Assembly: GCA_965243205.1 (NCBI GenBank)
Contig: CBDEUK010000002.1
Location: forward strand, 1,408,001-1,472,000
From: Gammaproteobacteria bacterium
Lineage (GTDB): Bacteria > Pseudomonadota > Gammaproteobacteria > Eutrophobiales > Eutrophobiaceae
Reading direction: 5' to 3'
Length of the DNA: 64,000 nucleotides
Each line of letters starts with the position of its first letter. The stretch's first letter is position 1. Of the stretch, positions 10,999 through 19,596 are shown one piece after another. The notes beneath the pieces are model-generated. The model had not been told where the DNA came from, ran no database searches, and saw nothing but the letters and a program-made list of their open reading frames with translations. The position numbers and the translations under genes were made by a program.

Positions 10999-11952
10999 GT
11001 GACGCGTTTTCCAGAACAGCCAAATGATGATTATGCTTTAATCTACCTGGAAAATACTGACCAAGAACTACCGGAAAAACCCAATCCAAATTTACGCTAT
11101 GCATATTTCAAAACCATAGCGCGTGGTGGGAAGGCCATTATCCAATCTTGCAAAGACATGTATCTTTCTAGAACGGTCTGTTACAAAACACTCAAACCTG
11201 AATTTGCCGATGACCCCATAGAGAAAAAACGCTTTTTAAGGGAAGCTCGTGTCAGTGCAATGTTGCAACATCCAAATACGATTCCAACCTATGAACTGGG
11301 CCGTGATAGTAAGGGGCATTATTACTTCACAATGAAATTAGTTCATGGTTATACATTAAGAGAAATCCTCGATTACCGCGAACGTTACGACTTAAGTCAA
11401 TTAATCAATGTTATTACGCAAATCGCTCAAGCATTAGACTATGCACATAGCCACCGAGTTATCCATCGAGATATTAAACCAGAAAATATTTTAGTTGGTC
11501 CATTTGGAGAAGTAGTACTAATGGATTGGGGCTTAGCCAAAGTTTGGAACCCTGATGGAACCAGTCCAGAACCTGAAAGAAAACCAAATTTAACATCCAA
11601 CGTTAAAATTTCTTCGATGACCGATACTGAAAATCTTCAAGGTACGATTTCTTATATGTCACCTGAACAATTGCGTCGAGACCCTGATATAGACTTCGCT
11701 ACTGACATATACAGTTTAGGCACGGTGCTCTATGAAGTGTTAGCCGGGAAACTACCATTTGAAGGACAAACAATCAGTGAATTAAGTAAACAAATACTCG
11801 AAGATAAACCTGCAAAACCGTCGGAGGTAACCACTGCTAACGTTCCAAAGTTATTAGAACAAATAGTGATGCAGTGCATTCAGAAAGAAAGCGATAATCG
11901 TTTTAATAGCTGTGCAGAAATAATTCGCATGTTAGAAGAAGATTGGAAGTAA
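10999..11952 (+). CDS. Soluble Hanks-type Ser/Thr protein kinase
   Basis: IARGG, RFLREA, HRDIKPEN, DWGLAK, GTISYMSPEQ, DIYSLG; no TM or sensor domain. Confidence 0.93.
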   Translation: MTRFPEQPNDDYALIYLENTDQELPEKPNPNLRYAYFKTIARGGKAIIQSCKDMYLSRTVCYKTLKPEFADDPIEKKRFLREARVSAMLQHPNTIPTYELGRDSKGHYYFTMKLVHGYTLREILDYRERYDLSQLINVITQIAQALDYAHSHRVIHRDIKPENILVGPFGEVVLMDWGLAKVWNPDGTSPEPERKPNLTSNVKISSMTDTENLQGTISYMSPEQLRRDPDIDFATDIYSLGTVLYEVLAGKLPFEGQTISELSKQILEDKPAKPSEVTTANVPKLLEQIVMQCIQKESDNRFNSCAEIIRMLEEDWK

Positions 11953-11953
11953 A

Positions 11954-12012
11954 CGCACTATTGTTGTGCGTTTTTATCCTTTGATTTAGCATATAAGCAC
12001 TGTATTTGTGCA
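11954..12012. promoter_or_regulatory. Tandem NtrC enhancer sites for glnII
   Basis: CGCACTATTGTTGTGCG (11954-11970) and AGCACTGTATTTGTGCA (11996-12012), both GCAC-N7-GTGC, 42 bp apart. Confidence 0.82.
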
Positions 12013-12088
12013 TTATTATTTTTTTTACAAATATTTCTACTCAAATCGTACGTTCATAGTCTAAATACAATATATATAAATTAAAATA

Positions 12089-12101
12089 TAACCTATTGAT
12101 T
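12089..12101 (-). promoter_or_regulatory. IHF site between the NtrC enhancer and the sigma54 promoter
   Basis: Minus strand AATCAATAGGTTA = WATCAA-N4-TTR. Confidence 0.6.
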
Positions 12102-12173
12102 TTTAAAAACTATAACCACTACTGACCAATTCTATTTTATTTCCCTAGCCATAATATATAGACTATGCCGCGA

Positions 12174-12190
12174 CTGGAACGCATATTGCT
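12174..12190 (+). promoter_or_regulatory. Sigma54 (-24/-12) promoter of glnII
   Basis: CTGGAACGCATATTGCT, GG-N10-GC, 70 bp upstream of the ATG. Confidence 0.82.
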
Positions 12191-12260
12191 GAATAAGTCG
12201 CACAATTGCGGTTCAAACCTAAAGAAAATACCAACAAAGAGTGGAGGATAATTAAATATC

Positions 12261-13274
12261 ATGAAAAGCAAGTTGGAATATATTTGGCTTGATGGGTACA
12301 AGCCTACTCAAAGTCTTCGCAGCAAAACCATGGTTAGAGAAGATTTCAGCGGCAAATTAGAAGATTGCCCAATGTGGTCATTTGACGGTAGCTCGACAGA
12401 ACAAGCTGAAGGCGGTAGTTCAGATTGTTTATTAAAACCAGTTATGTGTGTCCCAGATCCAGACCGTAAAAACGGTTATCTTGTTATGACCGAGGTATTG
12501 AACGCAGACGGTACTCCACACGAATCAAATGGCCGTGCGACCATTGACGAAGCTGACGACGACGATGATTTCTGGTTTGGTTTCGAACAAGAATACTTCT
12601 TATGGGATCCTGTTACAGATGTACCTCCTGGCTTCCCTGCAGGCGGTTTCCCACGTCCACAAGGCCCTTACTATTGTTCAGTCGGTGGTAAAAACGCTTA
12701 TGGCCGTGAAGTCATCGAAGAACATTTGGATATCTGTTTAGAAGCTGGCTTAAACGTTGAAGGTATCAACGCTGAGGTTGCAGCAGGTCAATGGGAATTC
12801 CAAGTATTCGCGAAAGGCGCTAAACGTGCTGGTGACGAAACTTGGTTAGGTCGTTATTTCCTAGAACGTACTGCCGAAAAATATGGCTTAGCCATCGAAT
12901 GGCATCCTAAACCACTAGGTGATACTGACTGGAACGGTTCTGGTATGCATGCAAACTTCTCAAACGGCGCAATGCGTGAATCTGGTAAAGAAGAAACCTT
13001 CACTAAAATTTGCGATGAGTTTGGTAAGAACATTGAACGTCATATCAGTGTTTATGGCGCTGAAAATGACCAACGTTTAACTGGTGCACACGAAACTCAA
13101 TCAATCGATCAATTCAGTTACGGTGTTTCTGACCGTGGTGCTTCTATCCGTATCCCAGTAGGTACAGTTGAAGACGGTTGGAAAGGTCGTTTAGAAGATC
13201 GTCGTCCTGCTTCTAACGCTGATCCATACAAAGTGGCAGCAGCGATTGTGAAAACAACTAAAGAAGCTGGCTAA
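12261..13274 (+). CDS. glnII: Glutamine synthetase type II
   Basis: 337 aa; EYIWLDG...LRSKT, WSFDGSST, QGPYYC, GINAEV, GQWEFQ, DWNGSGMHANFS, RLTGAHET, EDRRPASNADPY (GSII pattern); lacks the GSI C-terminal adenylylation region. Confidence 0.93.
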   Translation: MKSKLEYIWLDGYKPTQSLRSKTMVREDFSGKLEDCPMWSFDGSSTEQAEGGSSDCLLKPVMCVPDPDRKNGYLVMTEVLNADGTPHESNGRATIDEADDDDDFWFGFEQEYFLWDPVTDVPPGFPAGGFPRPQGPYYCSVGGKNAYGREVIEEHLDICLEAGLNVEGINAEVAAGQWEFQVFAKGAKRAGDETWLGRYFLERTAEKYGLAIEWHPKPLGDTDWNGSGMHANFSNGAMRESGKEETFTKICDEFGKNIERHISVYGAENDQRLTGAHETQSIDQFSYGVSDRGASIRIPVGTVEDGWKGRLEDRRPASNADPYKVAAAIVKTTKEAG

Positions 13275-13297
13275 TCGTTTCATCATTACTCTTCTGA

Positions 13298-13334
13298 GTA
13301 TAAAAAACCGGGGTTCGCCTCGGTTTTTTTATAC
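13298..13334. terminator. Bidirectional intrinsic terminator
   Basis: GTATAAAAAACCGGGG-TTCG-CCTCGGTTTTTTTATAC between convergent genes. Confidence 0.9.
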
Positions 13335-13361
13335 CTGGAATTTGGTGAATACTAACTATTC

Positions 13362-14015
13362 TTAGGAATGGATAATTAAATGTCGATCAGAAACATCTGT
13401 AACCTCTAAATGTTCTAACCCACATGTTTGCAATTGGACTTTTACTTCATCAACTGTAAAAGCTGCCTTTAGAGAATTAAAAAAATCTTTTTGTAATACT
13501 TCTGGTTCATCCTTGGCATATTCATAAACTAACTGTTCAGCGACAGATTCTGATTCTGGTCGCATTAAGTCCATGATAAAAATTTTTGATGATGGATTGC
13601 TAAACTGTTTAACGCCATTCCAAAAATGGAATGGCTCGTGTATATGATGCAACAAACTATTACTGATAATCACATCGTAGTTTTCTAACGGTAACTCAGA
13701 GCTTTGAATCATACTTTGATATAGCTCTATACGATGCTGTAAATCGTGTTTTGCAATTGCTTCTCTACCAAAAGCTAACATCGCTTCTGCACCGTCCAAA
13801 CCATGAATAATCGTTTCAGAAAAAGCCTTAGCAAAGCGAATGCTGATATCCGCTGGCCCACATCCCAAATCCAAAACCAAACCCTGAATAGCTTCTGGAA
13901 ATGTTTGCTTAAACAATTCAATGAAATGATTATGCGGTTCAGAGAAATCAGCCATTGCATAGGCTTTGGCTTGTTCGAACTCATTCATGAGTTCTGGTTC
14001 GACTATTCTTTGCAT
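13362..14015 (-). CDS. Class I SAM-dependent methyltransferase
   Basis: VLDLGCGPA, SNSLLHH, DLMRP. Confidence 0.85.
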   Translation of the reverse strand: MQRIVEPELMNEFEQAKAYAMADFSEPHNHFIELFKQTFPEAIQGLVLDLGCGPADISIRFAKAFSETIIHGLDGAEAMLAFGREAIAKHDLQHRIELYQSMIQSSELPLENYDVIISNSLLHHIHEPFHFWNGVKQFSNPSSKIFIMDLMRPESESVAEQLVYEYAKDEPEVLQKDFFNSLKAAFTVDEVKVQLQTCGLEHLEVTDVSDRHLIIHS

Positions 14016-14021
14016 AAATAA

Positions 14022-15272
14022 TTAAGGAAGCAAAACTTCATGCTCAAATAATTCTTCAATCGTTTCCCTTCTACGAATTAAACGAGGCAAGCCTTCTGAA
14101 ATCATTATCTCTGCAACACGAGGCCTCGTGTTGTAATTAGACGCCATAGTAAAACCATAAGCGCCTGCAGAACAAACAGCAATTAAATCATCTTGTTGAA
14201 TAGCAAGTTTACGTGCTTTACCTAAGAAATCTCCCGTTTCACAAATAGGGCCAACAATGTCGTATTCGGCTTGCTTAGTATTTGAATTTTCATTCACCGT
14301 TAAAATTTCATGATACGCACTGTAGAGCGATGGTCGTAACAGATCATTCATTGCGGCATCTACAATCGCAAAGTTTCTATCTTCACCTTGTTTAATGTAT
14401 TCCACTTTAGTGACCAGTACTCCTGCGTTACCAACAATCGAACGACCAGGTTCAATTAACACTTCCATGTTTTCATCGTTGAGAGTTTCAATAATTGCCT
14501 TAGCATAGCTGCTCATCTCAGGAATAGTCTCATCCTGATATTGAATTCCTAAACCACCACCGATATCCACATGCTTTAATTGAATACCTTTGCTACTCAG
14601 TTTATTAATCAATTCGACTAAACGTTTTAATGCATCAATAAATGGTGATATTTCCGTTATCTGCGATCCGATATGGCAATCCACACCAACAATTTCTAAA
14701 TGTTCCAATGAATTTGCTAACTCATAAGCTTTGACGGCTTCATCGTATGCAATGCCAAATTTGTTTTCACGTAAACCTGTAGAAATATAAGGATGCGTAT
14801 TGGCATCGACATCGGGATTAATGCGTAATGACACAGGTGCTATTTTATTAATAGAACCTGCAACTGAATTTAAACGATGCAACTCTGCAATTGATTCAAC
14901 ATTAAAGCATTTAACACCGTACTCAAGAGCCAATTTCATTTCCTGTTCAGTTTTACCAACGCCAGAAAACACCACTTTGTTTACATCACCACCCGCTTTA
15001 CGGACGCGTTCTAATTCACCGATTGAAACAATATCGAATCCCGAACCAAGCTTGGCTAATACATTTAAGATAGCAATATTGGAATTGGCTTTAACGGCAT
15101 AACAGACTAAATGCGGATGTTCGCCAAATGCAGAATCATAAGCTAGCCACTGTTGTTCCACGCTATTTCGAGAATAAACATAACACGGTGAACCATATTC
15201 ATTAGCAATATCTTGCAATGAAACACCATCAAGGCATAACACACCGTTTTGGTAAGAAAGAGATTCAAACAT
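14022..15272 (-). CDS. lysA: Diaminopimelate decarboxylase
   Basis: YAVKAN (PLP lysine), HIGSQ, GGGLG, EPGR, GPICETGD, YNTRPR. Confidence 0.97.
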   Translation of the reverse strand: MFESLSYQNGVLCLDGVSLQDIANEYGSPCYVYSRNSVEQQWLAYDSAFGEHPHLVCYAVKANSNIAILNVLAKLGSGFDIVSIGELERVRKAGGDVNKVVFSGVGKTEQEMKLALEYGVKCFNVESIAELHRLNSVAGSINKIAPVSLRINPDVDANTHPYISTGLRENKFGIAYDEAVKAYELANSLEHLEIVGVDCHIGSQITEISPFIDALKRLVELINKLSSKGIQLKHVDIGGGLGIQYQDETIPEMSSYAKAIIETLNDENMEVLIEPGRSIVGNAGVLVTKVEYIKQGEDRNFAIVDAAMNDLLRPSLYSAYHEILTVNENSNTKQAEYDIVGPICETGDFLGKARKLAIQQDDLIAVCSAGAYGFTMASNYNTRPRVAEIMISEGLPRLIRRRETIEELFEHEVLLP

Positions 15273-15284
15273 GATTGGAGATGA

Positions 15285-15407
15285 TTATTTTTCTTCAGAC
15301 TCAGTGGTTTCTTCAGGCAAATACAAATCGCCTTTTTGCCCACACGCAACGGTTCCTAGTAGTAATAGGAACAATAAAGAAATTGTTTTGAAACGAATTG
15401 AGTTCAT
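15285..15407 (-). CDS. lptM: Small lipoprotein LptM/LppL (YifL family), 40 aa
   Basis: Below the ORF-track cutoff. Manual translation MNSIRFKTISLLFLLLLGTVACGQKGDLYLPEETTESEEK; CGQKGxLYLP signature; directly upstream of lysA. Confidence 0.9.
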   Translation of the reverse strand: MNSIRFKTISLLFLLLLGTVACGQKGDLYLPEETTESEEK

Positions 15408-15444
15408 TGATAGTTCTAAAGTTGGTTTTTGATAATTGTATACT

Positions 15445-15477
15445 AAAAAAGCCCTATCCGTAATCGAATAGAGCTTT
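15445..15477 (-). terminator. Intrinsic terminator of the VPLPA-CTERM repeat protein gene
   Basis: Minus strand AAAGCTCTATTCG-ATTA-CGGATAGGGCTTTTTT. Confidence 0.75.
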
Positions 15478-15500
15478 CAAATAGAAAGAGAGTTTTTTAA

Positions 15501-17573
15501 TTATTTTTGCTTATGCTTGAATAAAAATAATAGAGATGAGATAAATAACCAAGCTGCCGCAGGCAATGGAACATTAGAAGCAGGAGTTAGTAAAACAACT
15601 TTTTCCTCATATTCTCCCTCAACACCAATCACTAAAATCTGGCCTCGCTCATTCGCTAGATAAGCCTCTTTTAGATAATCCAAATCGATTTCACCTAATT
15701 CATCCCTCAATAATGTACCTAAATCTACAAAGCCATTTTCTACTGTAAAGGCGAAACCTCTTCCATCTAAATATGTGTCGTCTTGCCCCCATAGTATATA
15801 AACCCCGAGAGCTAAGCCATCATCATCTAAATAATAAATTTCACTTTCAGTAAAACCGTCTGAACGTAAAGATACATCAAATGAAAATGTCTGATCGGTA
15901 TTTGAATCATAAAACCAGGCAACTTGGCCATTTTTTTCATTTCCATTATATTTTTGAGAAAGCCCAACGACCTGCCCTATTTCGTTTAAGTCAAAAACTC
16001 GACTGTTTTGTCTTCCATCTGTTCCAGTAAATTCATTTCCAGTTAACCCAATTTGAATAGTGCCAACGCCATTAAATAACCATGAATCAGTATCATTTTG
16101 GTATTCACCAGTAAAACGGTCGGAAAGACCAATGACGTATCCTTGATTATTGATATCGACTACTTCTGAATTACGTTCTCCTTGGCTACTGGTATGCTCA
16201 CTATCAACTAAACCTATTTGTTTTGTTTCAGAACCATCATAAAACCATGTATCTCTGCCTAGAAAATCTTGTTGATTAAAGCGCATAGAATCTCCAGTTG
16301 CCTGTCCTTGGTCATTGAGCATTTTTGCTTCACTAAATTGAACACCATATTCATCGGTATATTCTTCTCCTATGAAACCTAAACGAACAGTTTTATCGCC
16401 ATCATAAACCCAGGCACTCTGACCTCTATGCTCTACTATATCTGGAGTTCCAGCGCCGCTAACAAGGTTATAATGTTCTGAGCCTCCAATAACCTGACCA
16501 TTTTTATTAATTGCCTTTTTGTCACCATTTAGTGGAAATAAAATCTCACTATATTGCCTGCTCTCATTGCTTGTGTGGTATGCATCGGTCAAACCCATTT
16601 GAGTGTAATTTCCTTGATCGTATAACCAAGCTACTTGGCCCGCATCAAATTGATTCAAACGAGTAGATTCTCCAATCACCTGTCCTGCTTCATTGATTGA
16701 AAACACTCTACTTTGGGTTTCGCCATTGACATCTTCAAATTCTGAACCATTAAGCCCAAGTGCTATTGTCTGATTACCATCATATATCCAAGCATTCGTT
16801 CCATCACGAAAATCACGCAATGAAAAGTCGTCTGTTTTAAACCTATCGGAATTTCCTATAATAGCGCCTTGAGAATTATAATCGTTCCATGTTGAATTCT
16901 GATAGCCATCACTTGCTCGAGTATGCCTGTCGCCTGTAAATCCTAACTTTTTAGTTTCAATTCCATTGTAAGCCCATACACTATAACCATTATCATTCAT
17001 CCCATTAAATCGAGTTGAACTACCTAATACATGAGAAGAACCTACAATTATTTGAGCTTCACTGTATTCAAAACCATCAGATCTTGTGTATTCATCACTA
17101 GTAAGACCTACTTCTCTTGTTTGGTTGTCATGATAAACCCAAGCGTGCTGACCATGTGATGTTGTAGTACCTGATACATATCTTTCAGAAACGCCTGCTA
17201 CCCATCCTTCATTGTTTAGAGCAAAAGCACTGCTTGATTGATAGCCGTTTATATCCGTATATTCTGTGCCTATCAGTCCAACCTGTTTCGTACTGACGCC
17301 ATCATAAAACCAAGCACTTTCTTTAGTACTTTCATTTGTGATTGGATCTTCGAAAAAAGTACGTCCAATTACCTGGCCACTATTGTTGAGAGGCTTGGGG
17401 CCAGAAAAAGCAGTAACTAAAGGCACATAGCTAAATACTGGAATATTTTGACCATCACCTTCTAATCCAAGAATTTGGATATCGTAATTTTCGAATAAAT
17501 CGGCGGCTTGAGTTGAAAAAACAGCAGAAGCTAAAATAATTGAAATAAATAATCTTTTTGATAATACGTCCAT
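15501..17573 (-). CDS. Secreted repeat (HAF-like/beta-propeller) protein with VPLPA-CTERM sorting signal
   Basis: Signal peptide (TQA). About 9 repeats of roughly 55-65 aa (AWxYDGxxTxxLGL...S...NxxGQVIGxSxR). C-terminus NVPLPAAAWLFISSLLFLFKHKQK. Confidence 0.85.
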   Translation of the reverse strand: MDVLSKRLFISIILASAVFSTQAADLFENYDIQILGLEGDGQNIPVFSYVPLVTAFSGPKPLNNSGQVIGRTFFEDPITNESTKESAWFYDGVSTKQVGLIGTEYTDINGYQSSSAFALNNEGWVAGVSERYVSGTTTSHGQHAWVYHDNQTREVGLTSDEYTRSDGFEYSEAQIIVGSSHVLGSSTRFNGMNDNGYSVWAYNGIETKKLGFTGDRHTRASDGYQNSTWNDYNSQGAIIGNSDRFKTDDFSLRDFRDGTNAWIYDGNQTIALGLNGSEFEDVNGETQSRVFSINEAGQVIGESTRLNQFDAGQVAWLYDQGNYTQMGLTDAYHTSNESRQYSEILFPLNGDKKAINKNGQVIGGSEHYNLVSGAGTPDIVEHRGQSAWVYDGDKTVRLGFIGEEYTDEYGVQFSEAKMLNDQGQATGDSMRFNQQDFLGRDTWFYDGSETKQIGLVDSEHTSSQGERNSEVVDINNQGYVIGLSDRFTGEYQNDTDSWLFNGVGTIQIGLTGNEFTGTDGRQNSRVFDLNEIGQVVGLSQKYNGNEKNGQVAWFYDSNTDQTFSFDVSLRSDGFTESEIYYLDDDGLALGVYILWGQDDTYLDGRGFAFTVENGFVDLGTLLRDELGEIDLDYLKEAYLANERGQILVIGVEGEYEEKVVLLTPASNVPLPAAAWLFISSLLFLFKHKQK

Positions 17574-17650
17574 TTTGAGTCCATTTTCGTGTTTAAAACA
17601 CTTTTTATATACTTTTAATTCTATATTTTTTTGATTTCATTATCATTACT

Positions 17651-18412
17651 TTAACTAACAACAGGAAAAACTCTGCCCACTAAAAATTCTTTTTTGGAGA
17701 AGTGAAACATGGTTTGTTCATTATCTTTTCGATTATTCAAAATTTTAAAGCTCACTGTTTCTTTAGAAGTCATACAAAATAAACGGCGTTTATTTTGAGG
17801 TAGCTTTTTCTTTAACGCCTTAGGTTTGGTAATGGCTAAATTAAAGCCTTTATCAGGACAACGTGCTGATTCAAATCGAATGCCATCGCAATTATTCTCT
17901 CGTAGATATGTCCCGACTTGTTGCGTCAGTTCATAGCTATTTTTGGAGATCATATCTTTACGACGTTTTTTAAATGGTGGCTTAGTAACATCCACTGCTA
18001 GAGAACATTTATAGGCTGCTTGAAATGCTGTGTGTTGAGTTTGCAATGGATTAGGCGGGGCTTTGCTCATACCTTGCCAGAAAAGAAAACGATAATAAGC
18101 AACTTCAGCTAATACTGTATTAAACGTTTCAGAACCGTAAAAAATACCGCGTTCATTTGCGGTTCCAAAACGCGAGCCCCATCGCAACGGCGGGTAACGA
18201 AACGGTGTTGATAATAAATAATCCAGACCTTTTGTGTCTTCTGGCTGCGAAGGTTTACAACCATCTAACAACTGTTCTAAAACATCTTGTTCCTCAATAT
18301 TATCGACCAAACTCATAGTAGCAATTTGTTCTTGGCTTTCTACCACACGCCAAATATCGCCTTGAAGAATCTCAGTATTAATAGAGCCCCAAGACGAGTT
18401 AAATCTTGCCAC
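17651..18412 (-). CDS. RES-domain toxin (NAD+ phosphorylase family)
   Basis: WRVVESQ, TPFRYPPLRWGSRFG, GIFYGS, AEVAYY, FESAR; overlaps the antitoxin stop. Confidence 0.9.
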   Translation of the reverse strand: MARFNSSWGSINTEILQGDIWRVVESQEQIATMSLVDNIEEQDVLEQLLDGCKPSQPEDTKGLDYLLSTPFRYPPLRWGSRFGTANERGIFYGSETFNTVLAEVAYYRFLFWQGMSKAPPNPLQTQHTAFQAAYKCSLAVDVTKPPFKKRRKDMISKNSYELTQQVGTYLRENNCDGIRFESARCPDKGFNLAITKPKALKKKLPQNKRRLFCMTSKETVSFKILNNRKDNEQTMFHFSKKEFLVGRVFPVVS

Positions 18413-18773
18413 GAATACCGTCCAGGTATCTGGAAACGCTCATGAGTCCTTCCAAGCTTTGAACTTGTTCAATAGGAATTCCGCCTGTGTGCAAATTTTT
18501 GGTATGAAACCAATGTTGCATGGCTTGTTCATCACCACCCATCAAAGCATGCAAAGCACGATAGCAACGGATCAATACCAAGGCTAATTCACCATGTTTG
18601 CTATCGGCTTTTAAACCATTAGCGCGGTATAAACTGCTTTTATTGCGACCCACAATAGCTCCGAGAACTTCAGGTGCAATATCCAAAGCCTTGCCAACAT
18701 TCATTAAAGCCTTGCGAACAACACTATCTTGATCAACTGCAGTCGTATTTTTATTGAGGGCTTGAGTAGCCAT
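18399..18773 (-). CDS. Xre/MbcA/ParS family antitoxin
   Basis: HTH-like N-terminus; RCYRALHALMGG...HWFHTKN...GLMSVSRYLDGIRGK; upstream of the RES gene. Confidence 0.88.
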   Translation of the reverse strand: MATQALNKNTTAVDQDSVVRKALMNVGKALDIAPEVLGAIVGRNKSSLYRANGLKADSKHGELALVLIRCYRALHALMGGDEQAMQHWFHTKNLHTGGIPIEQVQSLEGLMSVSRYLDGIRGKI

Positions 18774-18815
18774 AATTCACTCCGTTTAGTCTATTACAGA
18801 AACACTAAACATAAT

Positions 18816-18855
18816 TCTTATTTAAGATAATTTAAATATATAATCTTATTTTAGA
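18816..18855. promoter_or_regulatory. Candidate Xre autoregulatory operators
   Basis: TCTTATTTAAGA (18816-18827, palindromic arms) and TCTTATTTTAGA (18844-18855), 28 bp apart, upstream of the antitoxin. Confidence 0.45.
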
Positions 18856-18936
18856 ATTTTCAAGATCATTTCAATTTTGAATTACACATCAGAAACTACG
18901 ATACTCTCTGTTTTGAAATGAACTGAAGAATACATC

Positions 18937-19596
18937 ATGCAAGAAGCCGTCATTATTGAACCACAAACTGAACACAAAGCCACGGTTATCTGGCTACACG
19001 GCTTAGGTGCCGATGGTCATGACTTTGAACCAATTGTGCCACAATTAAAATTGGATAAAGAACTTGGGATTCGTTTTATCTTCCCGCATGCACCAATCAT
19101 GGCAGTCACCATTAATGGCGGCATGCAAATGCGTGCTTGGTACGATATAAAAAGTCCTGACCTTACTCAGCGTGAAGATTTAGAAACCACAAAAACTTCC
19201 TCAGAAACGATTAAACGATATATCGAGGCTGAAATAGATTCAGGAATCCCTTCAGAAAAAATTATTATCGCAGGCTTTTCACAAGGCGGTGCGATTTCTT
19301 TATATACCGGTTTGCGTTTTGATAAACCTCTCGCTGGTATATTAGCGCTTTCTACTTATCTACCCATTAAAGACTCCACTGAATCTGAATTGCATGAAAG
19401 TAATAAGACAACTCAGATCATGCAGATGCATGGCGAGTTTGATCCAATCATTCCAATTTCAACCGCGAAACAAAGTTTTGACTATATGAAACAACTTGGA
19501 TTAAACATTGAATGGATAGATTACCGTATGGAACATTCAGTTGTACCTGAACAAATACGCGATATTGCGGACTGGATTAATAAGATTTTAAGCTAG
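18937..19596 (+). CDS. Phospholipase/carboxylesterase (EstB/YpfH-like)
   Basis: WLHGLGADG, RAWYD, GFSQGG, HGEFD, MEHSV. Confidence 0.92.
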   Translation: MQEAVIIEPQTEHKATVIWLHGLGADGHDFEPIVPQLKLDKELGIRFIFPHAPIMAVTINGGMQMRAWYDIKSPDLTQREDLETTKTSSETIKRYIEAEIDSGIPSEKIIIAGFSQGGAISLYTGLRFDKPLAGILALSTYLPIKDSTESELHESNKTTQIMQMHGEFDPIIPISTAKQSFDYMKQLGLNIEWIDYRMEHSVVPEQIRDIADWINKILS

